Positions 37,672 through 51,579 of a stretch of 64,000 nt of DNA are shown one piece after another. The first letter of the stretch is position 1. Each line of letters begins with the position of its first letter. The notes under the pieces were generated by a model. That model searched no databases, was not told the DNA's origin, and saw nothing but the letters and a program-made list of their open reading frames with translations. A program made the translations under genes and the position numbers. The stretch is from Camelus dromedarius (taxonomy: Eukaryota). The stretch is taken from contig NC_087436.1 in assembly GCF_036321535.1 (NCBI RefSeq), positions 43,650,001 to 43,714,000 of the forward strand, in the 5' to 3' direction.

Positions 37672-38635
37672 TTTATTTATATTTTTAATTGTGATAAAAT
37701 ACACATACAATTTACCATCTTAACTAACTTTTAGTGTACAGTTCAGTAGTGTGAAAATACATTCACATTGTTGTGCAACCAATCTCCAGAATTCTTTTCA
37801 TCTTCCCAAACTGAAACGTTGTATCCGATAAACAACAACATCCACCCCCCGACCCCTACAGTCCCTGGTAACAAGCATCCATCCTGCTTCCTGTCTCTAT
37901 GAATCTGACTACTATATACTTCATAAAAGTGGAATCAGACAGTATTTGTCCTTTTATGGCTGGCTTATTTCACTGTCTTCAAGATTCATGCATATTCTAG
38001 CACGTATCAGAGTTTCCTGCCTTTTTAAGACTGAATAATATTTCATTGTATGTACAGTCAGCCTTCCATATCTGTGGGTTCAACATCCATGGATTCAACC
38101 AATCACACACAGAAAATACTCAAAAAAAAAATTCCAGAAAGGTCCAAAAAGCAAAACTTGCATCTGTCACACTTACATAGCATCTACATTGTATTAGGTA
38201 TTACAAGCAATCCAGGGATGATTTAAAGTATACAGAAAGATGTGCTTAGATTATATGCAAATACTACCCTATTTTATAAGGGACTCGAGCATCCTACAAT
38301 TTTGGTATCCAGGGAGGTCCTGGAACCAATTCCCTGTGGATACCAAGGGACAACTTTATAGATCATATTTTGTTTATCCATTATTCCATCAATGGATGCT
38401 TTCGCCTTTTGGCTATAATGCTTCTATGAACATAGGTGTAAAAATATCTGTTCAAGTTCCTGCTTTCAACTCTTTTGGTTCTAAACTTAGAAGTAGGATT
38501 GCTGGATTATATGGTAATTCTAGTTTTAATTTTTTGACAAGCTGCGATACTGTTTTCTATAGCACCTGCACCATTTTACATTCCCAATAGCAGTGCACAG
38601 GTTCCAATTTCTCCACATCCTCACCAATGCTTATT
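37672..38635 (-). mobile_element. L1MB 3' region, split by MER2
   Basis: TTCACATTGTTGTGCAACCAATCTCCAGAA, GTGGAATCAGACAGTATTTGTCC, GGATTGCTGGATTATATGGTAATTCTA. Confidence 0.85.
38055..38356. mobile_element. MER2/MER2B TcMar-Tigger MITE
   Basis: TA-flanked TIRs CAGTCAGCCTTCCATATCTGTGGG...CCTGTGGATACCAAGGGACAACT. Confidence 0.8.
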
Positions 38636-38847
38636 ATATTCGGCTTGTGGTTGAGATTTCATATATTTATTTTTATGCCTTTATTTTCTATCTTTCCTAC
38701 CTACCAGAATATAAGTTCCATGAGGGGAGGGATTTAATTTTTGTCAGTTTTATTTCCAAATCCTATAGCACTGCCTGACACATATTTACTAGGCATTCAA
38801 AAAATATCTGTTGAATGAACTAATGACAGCCCATCTTAAAAGATTTC

Positions 38848-38969
38848 ATTTTTTTTTGGTTTTAAAAAACATTTTTATTTTTTATTTTTAATGGGGGTAC
38901 TGGAGGTTGAACTCAGGACCTCCTACATGCTAAGCATGTGTTGTACCACTGAGCTAAACTCACCCCCCC
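38848..38969 (-). mobile_element. Camelid tRNA-derived SINE
   Basis: GGTACTGGAGGTTGAACTCAGGACC..CACTGAGCTA; TSD CTTAAAA(G/T)ATTTC. Confidence 0.85.
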
Positions 38970-39102
38970 TTAAAATATTTCTTTTATCTTAGCATAACTT
39001 TCAAACTGAAAAGATAAGAGAATAGTTATAGTAGGAATTATTACACAGACCACCTCTAATAGATTCCCTCGGAAATTTGAGTGCAAAAATTGAGACTCTT
39101 AC

Positions 39103-39172
39103 CTCTGTTGATGATATTTTAAAATTTAAAAGCAGATGTAACTTCAGTAATGCACTATACACATAACATCAA
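39103..39172 (-). other. Candidate 70-nt exon of the minus-strand host gene (alternative acceptor at 39154)
   Basis: Acceptor aatttgttttccag|TTGATG, donor GAG|gtaaga; unique sequence. Confidence 0.5.
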
Positions 39173-39513
39173 CTGGAAAACAAATTCCTTCAAAACACAT
39201 TCTCTGCAATTGTCAAGAACCGTATTTGTTCCTGTGATCATCATCTAAACTGTGTCTTTTGCTGTTAGGTTCAAAAGAAATGCTCTTAGATGATTATGTT
39301 TTTCATCACCATGGAAACATCAACCACAATGTTTATATCAAGCCCTTGTAGAAACAGATAAACAGAAAAAGAACTTAAAAACTACTTTTCCTTCCATTAA
39401 GGTAGATAAATTGAACATAAGATTCAGCCTTTCAACCTAACAGTAGTAAATACCCAGTAAATTAATTGCAGATTCATGAGACCTAAAATTCAATTGAGTT
39501 CTAGCTATGTAGA

Positions 39514-40018
39514 TGTAGCAGATATTGTTGGTTGGCTAGCAAATACCTTTCTCTAATTTTTCCAGCCATTGGGATTGGATGACAATGTACCCAACCCCAA
39601 TACATGGCATCCTGTTCATTTCTAGGGACTTTTTCAAGGGATAGGCAGACACGTGACACAGTTCTAACAATGAAAGGAAAAGAGGCTTTTGCAGGATTTT
39701 TCTCCCTCATAAAAAATGATGTATGACCAGAGAAAGACCTGGCCACTACCTGCCACCCTCCCCCAACCTTGCTTTTGGTTTTGGATATTACATAAAGACA
39801 TGATGCTTGGAATTGTGGCAGCTTTCTCGTGACCAAGAGAGATAGCAAAACATCCAAGGACTGCAAAGCAGAAGGATCAGAGAAGTTTCAATCACTGATA
39901 ACATTACTGAACCACTGAACCAACTATCCTAGGACTAATAACTTCTGGCCTCCTTGCTAGGTAAACAGTAGATACCTTTATGGCTTAAGGCATAATTAGA
40001 TGAAACATCTTAATGATA
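39514..40018 (+). mobile_element. MaLR LTR (MLT1J-like)
   Basis: TGTAGCAGATATTGTTGGTTGGC start; GATGCTTGGAATTGTGGCAGC..GTGACCAAGAG. Confidence 0.7.
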
Positions 40019-41113
40019 TGTGTGTGTTTTAGGTAGATTTTTCCATTAAATAGCTGTGATTCTAGAACACAACTTCATCATTTGCAATGATAGAGAAAGA
40101 GAGACTGTTAGGTGATCCAGACAAAGAAGCTTTGGGGGCCAGAGTAAGGATAAGTTAAAAGAGTTGAAGACCAAATGATAAACTGCAACTATATTATCTT
40201 TGCTGGAGCTGTAGGGATCAATTGCCAGCCTTGAAGCAATTTAGAGCATACCAAATTGTGGTAGCTGGTTAGAAATCACTCAGATAATATGTCTGCAGGG
40301 TCAGGAATCTGTGGGCATAAAAGTTAATAAAACAAAATCTTTAATGAAAGTTAATAAAACAAAAACTTTTATGAGATTACATTTTTTTCTATTAAATTTG
40401 AGGACAACAGATGAAGCCTGATAATAAAACATGCAAGATATGAAAATTCTCTCTCTGATGCTTTTACTTCTCTTCTAGGAGAAACTCATTTTAATCACTC
40501 TAGATGCCATCAGTTTGGATTAAGGTGATCCCAGGTGATTCACTTACTCAAACAATGACTCATTTTTGATATCTTTTCTATTAATGCCCACAATGCCACT
40601 TCCACCATACCTGCATATGAGTTGCTAGCTAGACACAATAAATCCTGACATTTTCATTTCATGATTCACAATTTCATTGTTACTTTCCTCTTTGAAAAGA
40701 GCAATAACTTGAGAATCATCTCTCCTTTCCACCTCTCCCACATTCTAATTTGGAAGGTCACAGCCTTTTTCCAGGTGTACAGGGACACTGACTTCCTCAG
40801 GGCAGCCAAACTCCTAGTCAGTTCCAGACTGATAAAGGAATCTTTATTACCTTCATCACAGTGGCAAACCCAGGTCTAAGAGGCACAAAAGAACTCTCCA
40901 TCTTCCGTCCTAACTCTTTCCTCAGCATCCTTCCTCCCACCCTACCTTTCAGGTACTGAACTTTTAGAGTGGCCCAGGAGCATGAGCTTTTGAACTTCAA
41001 GGAGAGAGAAAAAGGAGCCCACAAAGTTAATGGAGTGGCATGGGGTTATTTTGCTTTGGGGCGTTTTTTTGTTTTTTTTTTTTTTTTGGCATACTAAGAT
41101 AATCCCATAGAAC

Positions 41114-41250
41114 TTTTTTTTTTTTTTTTTTTTGGTGGCGGGGAGGTAATTAGGTTTATTTACTTATTTTTAGAGGAGGTATTGGGGATTGAACCCAGGA
41201 CCTCATGCATGCTAAGCATGTGCTCTACTACTTGAGCTATACCCTCCCCC
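41114..41250 (-). mobile_element. Camelid tRNA-derived SINE, young-looking
   Basis: Pure T tract of about 20 nt, near-consensus body, TSD AGAACTTTT. Confidence 0.92.
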
Positions 41251-41879
41251 AGAACTTTTCAGAAAAACAACAGATAAGGAAAACTTCTTAATCATGAACC
41301 CATTACATCCTTCATCCCTCACGAATACTCAAAGCCAAATTTAAGTTCTTTTACAGTTCATAATGGCTTTTCCATTTACCAACGGAAATTTAACTAGAAA
41401 ATATGTGAGTTATCCATTACATAGTAAAGTGCTCTGAAATACCTTACTTATTAAAAGTACATCATAAAACCAAACTCCATTTCCTCCCTTCTACCTAGTC
41501 TACATATGTGAGACTTTTTGTGGGGTGGGGAGCAAATAGTGGCATCCTTTTAGACATATTAAGTTTGAAGGACTTGAAGAATAAAAAGGAGAAGGTTTAG
41601 AGAGGTCAGATGAAAATATTAAGTCAAGAGAGGGGTTGGCACTAAGATAGTGATGGAAGAAAGGTTAGCATATGGGTGGTAATGGTGGTAACATATGGTG
41701 GTAGTCTGGGAAGAAGTATAAATATGTAAGAGAAGAAACTCGAAGATGGAAAGCAGAGTCTCTGAGAGACACTAATAGAGAGATAACAAGCAAAGGAAGA
41801 GGAAATGATGGAGGAGAATGATAAAGAACTGCCCAGGAAAACGCTAGGAAGAAAACCACAAATGAGTCATCATAACAAA

Positions 41880-42310
41880 TAAGGCTTTTTATGATCTGGC
41901 TCTAGATTGACTCACCAGTCTCATCTCCGGTGACCTCCTCCAAACACTGTACTCCAGCCATTCTGAACTATGGATAATTCCCCCAAATGCAACATGCTCT
42001 CTACTTCCATGCCTTTGCACCTGTGTTCCCTCTGCCTGGAATTCCCTCCCTATCTTAGTCACGTTGCAAACTCTGACTCTTTCCTTCAAGTACCAGCTTC
42101 TCTTTAAGGCCTTTGCTGAATTCCCTAAGCAAATAAAAGGTCCCCATTGCATTGGATCATACCTCCATATCAAAATCATGACATTCTATCTGTTTGGTTT
42201 ATTTTCCTGATAACATATATGCCATATAGCTATAGATTAAGTTCCATGAGTACTGAGTGTTTTCACCTCTGTATTTCCAGTCCCTACCATGGCACCTGGC
42301 ATGAAAAGGT
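41880..42310 (+). mobile_element. L2 3' end
   Basis: GCCTTTGCACCTGTGTTCCCTCTGCCTGGAAT..TAAGTTCCATGAG..GCACCTGGCA. Confidence 0.75.
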
Positions 42311-42324
42311 AGCATCATATGCTC

Positions 42325-42560
42325 TGTTTAAGGACAGGGGTTCTGATGCCTAACATGTGGGTATGAACCCCTCACTCTGCCATTTACTTGGCTGTGTGAT
42401 CTTGAGCAAAATACTAAGCTTCATTTTCTTTATCTTTAAATTGGGATAATTACTGTACCTATCTCCTAGAATGGATGGGAGAATAAAATGAGATAATACA
42501 GGTAAAGAACTTGTCACAGAGCTTGGCACAAACTCGGGGTCAGTTAAGTGTGAGTATCAT
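42325..42560 (+). mobile_element. MIR SINE
   Basis: CTCTGCCATTTACTTGGCTGTGTGATCTTGAGCAA..TTGGGATAAT..AAATGAGATAATA. Confidence 0.8.
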
Positions 42561-45500
42561 TACTTCAGAGGAGTTCAATATAATTGTTGAACATATGAAT
42601 GGTGCTCAACAGAATCAAAACTGCTGAGGAGTCTAGAAGGATTAAGGCTGTCAGTCTGTTAAATTCTCAACCAAAGCAGCCTTCTCTTCATGGCAGTTGG
42701 GTTTCCTTTACCTCATTATCAGGCTTATCCCCGCCCCAGTCTCTATAACAATGAGGATGAAAAAATTGAGGAGAAAAGAAAACAACTCCTGGACAAAGTC
42801 AAGTCCTAGAAGAGGCAAAATGAGTGTGATTAAGGTCAGAATAATTCTTCCTCTGAAACAGGAAGGAAGAAAGCAAGAATATGTGAAAATACAATGTTTA
42901 GAGGTGGAGGTGTGTTCCTGGCTTTCTTTTATAACTGAAGAGGGTGGCTATGAAAGAAGCATTCACGAATAAAACATTTTGTAATCTCAGATGAAAGAAT
43001 TAAGCCAGTGATACAACAATCCAAGCTTTTATCAAAAATAGAGGTAGGATTTTCTAAGTTGGCATACAAGATCTTTTATCCAATTAGAAGTGTGATTTAG
43101 TCAACAGCCCTGTTACTCTTCTACATTATACCTATTCTTATATTTATAAATTCATGTTTTCTTAAATATTTATTCATTGGTGTTGAAATAAAATTTATAA
43201 GAACTTCTAACAAAGCTACACAAATACTTGATAACTATCATGGGTAGGGAATAACATTAAATATACTAATTTACTGGATATTATTTTTAGCTCAATTGTG
43301 CAAATGTACAAAACAAATATTTTTCTTTATAAACTTGCATTATGAAAATGATGAGTCCATATAATTTATGTTAAATATATCTGTTATTCTTAAATTTATA
43401 AGCTCACACAATTTAAGCAATATCACAATACTATGCAGCTAATATTTTTGCTCATGTTTGTGACTATCAGCCATTACATGTGGCAGTAAATTGGTTAAAC
43501 CAGGTTAAATCTAGTTCCAGAAAAGTTTTATTTTGAATTTCCTGATACCAAAATAAACTAGGGTGAAATAGCTTTATGATATTAAAGCAAAGACAGACAT
43601 CAAAAGAGAAACACAGTATTCACAAAACCTGTGGGAAGATTTCTTTTAGTTTTGTGAGCCTATCCTTTAGGACAGTCAGAAAAAAGGTCAGACAAACTCA
43701 AGTTATATTAGATCATACACTGCAGAAAAATGATGTGATCCTTCTACATTTATTACCGTAAGAGTTGAACAAAGGTTAATGGATTTGAAATATTGCATTT
43801 CCAGGAGTCTGATTTTTAATACCAAGTGGCTGGCAAGTTACTATCTCTTATAAGGGAAAATTGTTGTGATAAATAACTTGTATATAAAGATAGTGTAGAA
43901 GATTCAGGGAGAGTTGTTACTACTTCAGTTGATGTGAAATAAAGCATTTAAAAGAAGAAAACTGTTTTCAGGCCTGCTCAGGTAAAACAAAAGAATGTTT
44001 GTTTAATTTCCATTAAAAGAAAAAATGAATCCCAGATGTCACACTTGACAAAAACTCAGATCTTGATGCTTCCTTCAATTTCTTTAAACTGTGAGATATC
44101 ATTCTCAATGAGCATGATTGCATCTTTGGCTTCCTGTTGGCTTCCATTCCCTAAACTTTCTGCTCTGGTCATGTGTAACACAAGGAGGTACCATCAGTCT
44201 GCCCAAAGAGTTTTGTTTTCAGCATGAACTCCCATCAAGAAATGACCAAGTAAGCTGTAACTTAAAATATCCTTCCATCACGTACAGCTCACCAAATGGT
44301 GATCATGACCAAATACACATTCTCAAGACAGAAGACACTGATTACAGATATATCATTAACAGGTTAGTAGATATACCGTGGCAGAAGATTTGCAGAGTAA
44401 AGCAACAGAGGCAAACAACCCAGAAACTTATACTTTAAATAATATTTAAATTAACTTTAATTAAATTGACTAAATTAACAATTTTCAAATTAAATCACAT
44501 TAGCATCAAGTAAGATTAATATGCAGATAATGATAATGGCCTTAAACAAAGAATTTATCAACTGCAGCACAGACATTGCCGGGAAAGATATGGGATTTAG
44601 AATGTCATCAGGTTACATCTGGAAGAAAGGAAATCCAGACAGGACTGAAACTTCTTACTGAATATGCACAGAACTTCATACCAAAACCCCACTGGATAGT
44701 ATTAATAATTGCAAAGATATGCTTAAATTATTGCATCTTTAAATACCCATAATTTTCATTCTATATTGTGAGTTCCATTATTCCTTATGCATTGTTTTAT
44801 TACCTTCAAAAAGTCCCAAATTAAAGAACTTTTTGAAAGCATTGTTCCCAAAAGATATCTGGACTAATTCCCGGACATTAGTCAAGATCCTGGTGCCCAA
44901 ATAAGCCAAGCCAGATAAGCAATATCTATTACAATGTTCATTTCTTTTCTGAGTGTTCTACAAGTTACATTTTTACAAAGACATCTTAGTGAGAGCTATG
45001 ATCTTAAATCTATTATTGGTCAGCCTTTGAAATAAGTTATTCCTTCAAAACCCAACATGAAACAACAGCTCCAGAATTTCTATTCAAGAGAAGGTGATCT
45101 GATTAGAAGACAGAATCTAAGGGAGCATGGCACGAAGTTATTTGTGCAGAAAGTAAACATTGTTTTTCTTAGATTTTACGTTACAGAATCGATGAAAACA
45201 GCAATGTTTCCTAAAGTTACTTTTTTTCACATTGAGTTAAGATTGTGAAAATATGGCTCATCCATGATTAGGTGATGATGATGATGATGATTTTATTTGA
45301 AGGTAGCTTTTATCTGGGGATGGGAGGGATAAGCCCTAGCAGGAGTATTCACATTCTACAGAATAAAAACCAAACTCTGGTAAACTGAAGACTCTCCCTG
45401 ATGTTCTATGTATTATCTTTCCAATTTATCTTTCACCAGTCTCTCCTTGTCTCTTACTCTGTGGCCAACTGGGATTGATTACTAACCATTCTGCCTAGCC

Positions 45501-46574
45501 GCCAATATTTTCCCATCTCTGTGTGTCTTTTCATGCTGTTCATTCTGGATCTGAAACGCTTTTTATCTAATCTTTACCTGTCAAAATTAAATGCATTCAT
45601 CAATATCCCACTCAGATTTCAACTGTTTCACTAAACCTAATATGATTTCCTCCAAACAAAATAAACTTCTTTTATCTGTCCTCCCACGGTACTTTGTACT
45701 CTGCTGTCATACTTCCCATATTCTATCTGTATTACAGTAAGCTGTGTACCCTGCTGGATTTCTTCTTCTATGATTGTAAGATTTTTGAGAGCAGGGATAG
45801 ATCTAATATCCTTTTTAGCAAGAATTTTTCAAATGAACCATAACTTATTTTATATAATGGTGACTTTTCTTTTGAAAAATCTAAGTTATCTCTTAAAATG
45901 ACCACCAAGGGGTATTCTACAGGTGACAACTGACATTTTAAATTTGATTTCTCATTTTAAGGGCCACTTTCTATGTATCCAAATATATACTTTCTACATC
46001 CAAGTGAAAATGTAAAGGAAGGTTACATTATTAGTATATCTTCCACTAAATGACAGTTAAAGAGAAAACTGTGATTGATTGCTATCTTGTTGTTTGAAAT
46101 GTAATAAAATTCCATTGGCTAAAGAGCAAACAATTACTAATCAGGGCCTTGTTCAGACTGCCATTCATTTGCTAGGTAGTCCTGAGCAAATTACTTATAC
46201 TCCTTGTGCATCCACTAAACTAATCTGAAATCTAAAGTATGGACTATCTGCTTTCCAAGTTGTTACACATATCGGTCATTAAGTGATTGCAAAGAATTAT
46301 GATGAAAGCAGGATTCCGAAAAGTGAACAGAAACAGTACTTGTTAATAATACTCCAGAACTTGAATAATCTAAAATGATCTAAGGAGAAAATGGAGTTCA
46401 ATGAAAAAGAGTTTCCAGCCAAAGTAGGTATAATATTTTCCCACTTAAATATTCATAAATCACTATATGCAAACACATACTTTTGCATGTTGTCTGATTT
46501 TCAATTGTTAATGAGTCCTGGGCTTAGGTTCTGCCCTTGGATTATATTTGGACACTTCAACAAAGGAAATGTTG

Positions 46575-47340
46575 GCAAAAGTGTTCAACATCATTAGTCA
46601 TTAAAGAAATACAAATTAAAATCACAATGAGCTACTTCTGTCCATCAGTTTGACTAATGCAAAAAAAAAAAAAAATGACAACACCAAAAATTAGTAAGGA
46701 TGTGGAGCAACAGGAACTTTCATTCATTTTTGGAAGGAATGCAAAAGCAGTATAACCCCCTTGGAAAATAGTTTGGCAGTTTCCTATAAAGTTAAACATA
46801 CGCTTACCATACATGATCCAATGATCCTATTCCTAGGTATATACCCAAGGGAAGTGAAAATGTATGTTTACACAAAACCTGTGTACAAATGTCTAATAGC
46901 AATTTTATTCATAATTGCTCCAACCTGGAAATGCCCCAATGTCTTTCATCTGAATGGCTAAACAGTGGTATACCTATACAATGAATTACTATTCCACAAT
47001 AAAAAGGAACAAAATAGTGACAAATGCAAGAAGTTAGATGACTATTAAGAGCATTATGCTGAATGAAAAAAGTCAACTCCAAAATTTTCTGGATGATTCC
47101 ATTTATATGACACTCTAGGAAAGGCAAAAATGTAGGGACAGAGGACAGCACAGTGGCTGCCAGAGGTTGGAGGTGGAAGGATTTGTTTGATTGCAGAGGA
47201 ATTAGCACAAGGGAATGTTTCAGGGAGATAGAACTGTTATATACCTAGATTGTGGTGGTAGATACATAACTCTAAGTATTTGTCAAAACTCATTAAACTG
47301 TACGAAAAGTGAATTTTACTGTATGTAGATAAAAAAACAA
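46575..47340 (+). mobile_element. L1ME-type ORF2 C-terminus and 3' UTR
   Basis: TGTTCAACATCATTAGTCATT..GGATGTGGAGCAACAGGAACT..TTGGAAAATAGTTTGGCAGTT..TTGTCAAAACTCAT. Confidence 0.9.
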
Positions 47341-47482
47341 AATTTAAAACTCTATACCAATTATATCAATGTGTCACTGTATTCATTTATTGCTTTCTTC
47401 TCTCATCCTTCACTGTCTAAAGTATTCTCTTTTGTAACTCAAATACTTCACATAACATGAAAATTCAAAATATATAGCTTAC

Positions 47483-47658
47483 CTTGACAAGCATAAACAA
47501 AAAATGGAATCAATATTGGAAGAAACTGAAACACTTGAAAATGCAAGCCTACTATATATTTATGCCTGTTCAGGAAGACTCTCCACTAACCCAACTCATT
47601 CTTAGAATTATTTTTCCCAGGACCATCATGGAAATAGCAGGAATAACTGAGGAGCTCT
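47483..47658 (-). other. Candidate 176-nt exon (may be a pseudo-exon)
   Basis: Acceptor ttagttttccttttccag|AGAG and donor AAG|gtaagc. Confidence 0.25.
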
Positions 47659-48637
47659 CTGGAAAAGGAAAACTAAATAAGGACCTTAGTCTCTCCTTTC
47701 AGCAACCCTGAGGCTGGAGAAATGCTCTCTTAATACAGAAGTGGAAATGAAATTCAAGTTATTCTCATTTAATGAATTAGAGTAATGAAAATTATTTCAA
47801 CTCTGTTGTAAATCCTTCAGTTAATCAAGGCAACTTAATGGAGGATTCCTGAGAATGGTTACAAATGGCTCAAAGTAGCAAGAGTGCTAAGAAGATCTCC
47901 CCTGTCATAATGTCTCAAAATTAGAAGGGGAAGACAATAAAACAATAGTGATTTAAATGTATTTTAAATCTCTGAGTTGCAACTTAGTAGCTATGACCTT
48001 GAGGATGTAGCTTAGTTTCACTAAACCCACATTTTTCATCTCGAAAATGGGAATAATAGTATCTCCTTCATAGGACTGTTGGGAAAACTGTAACTAGCTT
48101 AGCATCACACCAGCTCATTGCACATATTTTATTATTACCATATGGGAGGTCTCTGACTTTCCACAGCAAACAAAGAAGGAACACTGGTTTGCTTCCATAA
48201 ACGAAATAACACTAATACTCACAGATCTTGGAGAAGGACTGATCATGAAATAAGAGAAAGACACTAAATTTTACCGGCACCAATTATAACAGATGTCTTG
48301 GACCTCTCAATTCTCAAAGCAACCAATGCTTTGGAAACTCCCATCAGAGCTCACTAGAAAGATGATGAGGCCCAAAAAGGTGCTAGCAAAGTGTCTTAAC
48401 TTCAAGATCTCAATAATATTCATTTAATTGATTTAAATTTTCTGGCAGTGGCCTTAGAAGTCACATGGATCTCTTAATGTACATAATGTATGTAGACAAA
48501 CTGTTTAAAAACTTAGTTGCAAAACTACCATTTCTAAATCTTTTCTTTTACAAAGTCAGAAAATGAATAAAGAATAAACAGATAATGAAATCCAGGAAAT
48601 CTGTCTCCATAGTTTGGTAACTAATTTGACTTAAATG

Positions 48638-49273
<636 letters not shown>

Positions 49274-51579
49274 CTTTTGACTTAAATGTTTTTTAAAAAA
49301 GTAGTGAAACCTCTATACCATAATTATCTTACATATAAAATAAAGAAAAAATAACCTTTTTCTTAAAAGAGAAAAAAAAAATGTCTAGTATCTTAGGAGC
49401 CTGAGAAGACAGAGTATATTAATATTTTTTTCTTCCTTAACATTACAGAATGAAGTTGAAGGTCAATGTCCCTTGATCTTCTCATTTTTGGGAACCTAGA
49501 TTTTAACTGCATTGGTAAATGCACTGAACTACATTAGCTATTTCATGCTATATCAGCATTGTCCAAAAGCTTAAAAAGAAAAAACTTCTTCCAAAAGATC
49601 AAGAGAACAGAAATATATATCAAGTGGATGCAAATATTAATTCAGTCATACGATGACTTTTCAGGTATATGCAAACTTAGGTATTATTTAGACTCATTAT
49701 TAGAGGAATGATCAAGACAAAAAGCTGAGAAATAAATATATATTTTTAAAAATAACATGGAAAAGCCCCTACAAGCAATTCAAATTTCAAATTCTTTAAT
49801 GCTTGTCTTCACTAAAATTAACTATGGCTCCTAATGGATAAAATTTTTGTCTTCTTCATTTCTGTATGTTTAGGGTATAAAACCTTACTTTGTGCTGAAT
49901 AAATGTTGAATAAATGAATCTTCACATAGCATATTTTCAGTGAAATTAGCAGTTAAATATACTAATTTACTGAAATTTATAGTATATATTTATATTTTAT
50001 ATTTATAGTCACTGAAAGCCTTTCTAAAATATTTTTATTTCTAAACTTTTATTGTATAATCAAAATTATGACCAATAAATTTATCTGTTGCTAAAACTCA
50101 TGAGATGTCTTTAATTAACATCTTTCAACCTTGGATTGGACTTCTGTGCTTTTTCAATTATACTTTTTCTGTCAACTATGTTTAGAAAGAGGAAAACAAT
50201 CCAGATTTTAATTCAATTCTGATTCAATACAGAATTGATTCAGAAAGGAATTGCTAAAGAACAAGGAGAAATATGTCAGGGACACAGTTAAAATATACTG
50301 GGACTAGGACCTAAAAATTTCACCACTTTGCAAGAAAACAGTTATCTCTTCTGTTTTTTTTATTTCTAATTTGCTCAAAATCACTTGCTGAAAAGTGGTG
50401 ATGCTGCAGTCAGAGGTTGTCAGTACTTCTGTTCCACCTGCCTGGATGAATCAGATAGACTGGAATGATTCCAATAATTCCAGCAACCTATTTCTACATC
50501 CTATGCAAATTAATGCACCAATCACTAAAACAGTACTTCTGTAAGGTCACAGAAATGAAAGTCTGAACAGAGGACACCAATTACTTGAATGTTGCAGCAT
50601 GATGTCATTTATACAGCTTCTAATTATGAGGTCCTCTAAGTAGAGTATCTACTCTGCAAAATAGCAATGACTTTTCATGCAATTTTTTTCTAGTAACTAT
50701 TTTCATGCATACTATTTCTTAGGTCAGTAGTATTCTAAATATAGAATGAGATTTCACAGAGATTCTTATTAGTGCATATAATCTATTTAAATTAACATAT
50801 TTTACTTCCTCAATGCTTATATAACTATATACACATACATACATACTTAATCAAATAGGTATAAAAATGATTTTTCCCATAGGATGTGATTTTTCTTATA
50901 TTGCAAACAGCAATCATTTCACCTTCATTCTTAGATGCATAAATATCACAAATACAGACTTAATGATGCATGCTACCACAGTTCTTCAGGGGGAAAAAAT
51001 TAGCTGCAACTGCAATTAAAAATGCACTGTCATAAAATTAAAGTCTTCGATTCTATAAGAATTTAAAACCTTAACAATTTCACTGAGACACAGGGTGCCA
51101 TTAAAAAAAAAAGCACTCATTGATTTATAGTTATTGTATTAAAAATAAACATAAACAAGTTACCCCTAAAATAACATTATCTATACATATTAAAATTCAA
51201 ATATGACAAACACCTTGTTTAATGTCAACCAAATTTTACTATCATGTTTTTATAAATTCTCACTAAAGCTTCTGGGTTCTTCAAAATTTCCACATTAACC
51301 TGAAGAAAAACCATTCTGTTGGGCATTATCCTCCTGCTCCATCAACCAATTTTACTCTATTTCTAAACAGCAATTCGATTATCTTTGGTAAAGGGGTTGC
51401 CTATCTGCAGTCAGTGGATCATATTCTCACACCCATACACTACAATGAACAGGGCAAGCTGACACTTGGCGTTACTACTGTGATAACCTAAAGTGCTAAT
51501 GCTGTAGTTCCTGGCAATGGTAGCACAGACACAAAAAAGCTCTTTTAGATACCAAATCACAGATCACAACCAGATGGAG

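Larger units (their letters stand above)
37380..38825 (+). mobile_element. L2 3' portion, split by an L1MB insertion
   Basis: L2 motifs at 37380-37670 and 38660-38825 (TAAGTTCCATGAGGG..ATCTGTTGAATGAA). Confidence 0.7.

Noticed and set aside
44056..44172. 38-aa minus-strand ORF MTRAESLGNGSQQEAKDAIMLIENDISQFKEIEGSIKI
   Set aside because: Looks protein-like but is short, has no flanking splice sites or retrocopy hallmarks, and I recognise no homologue
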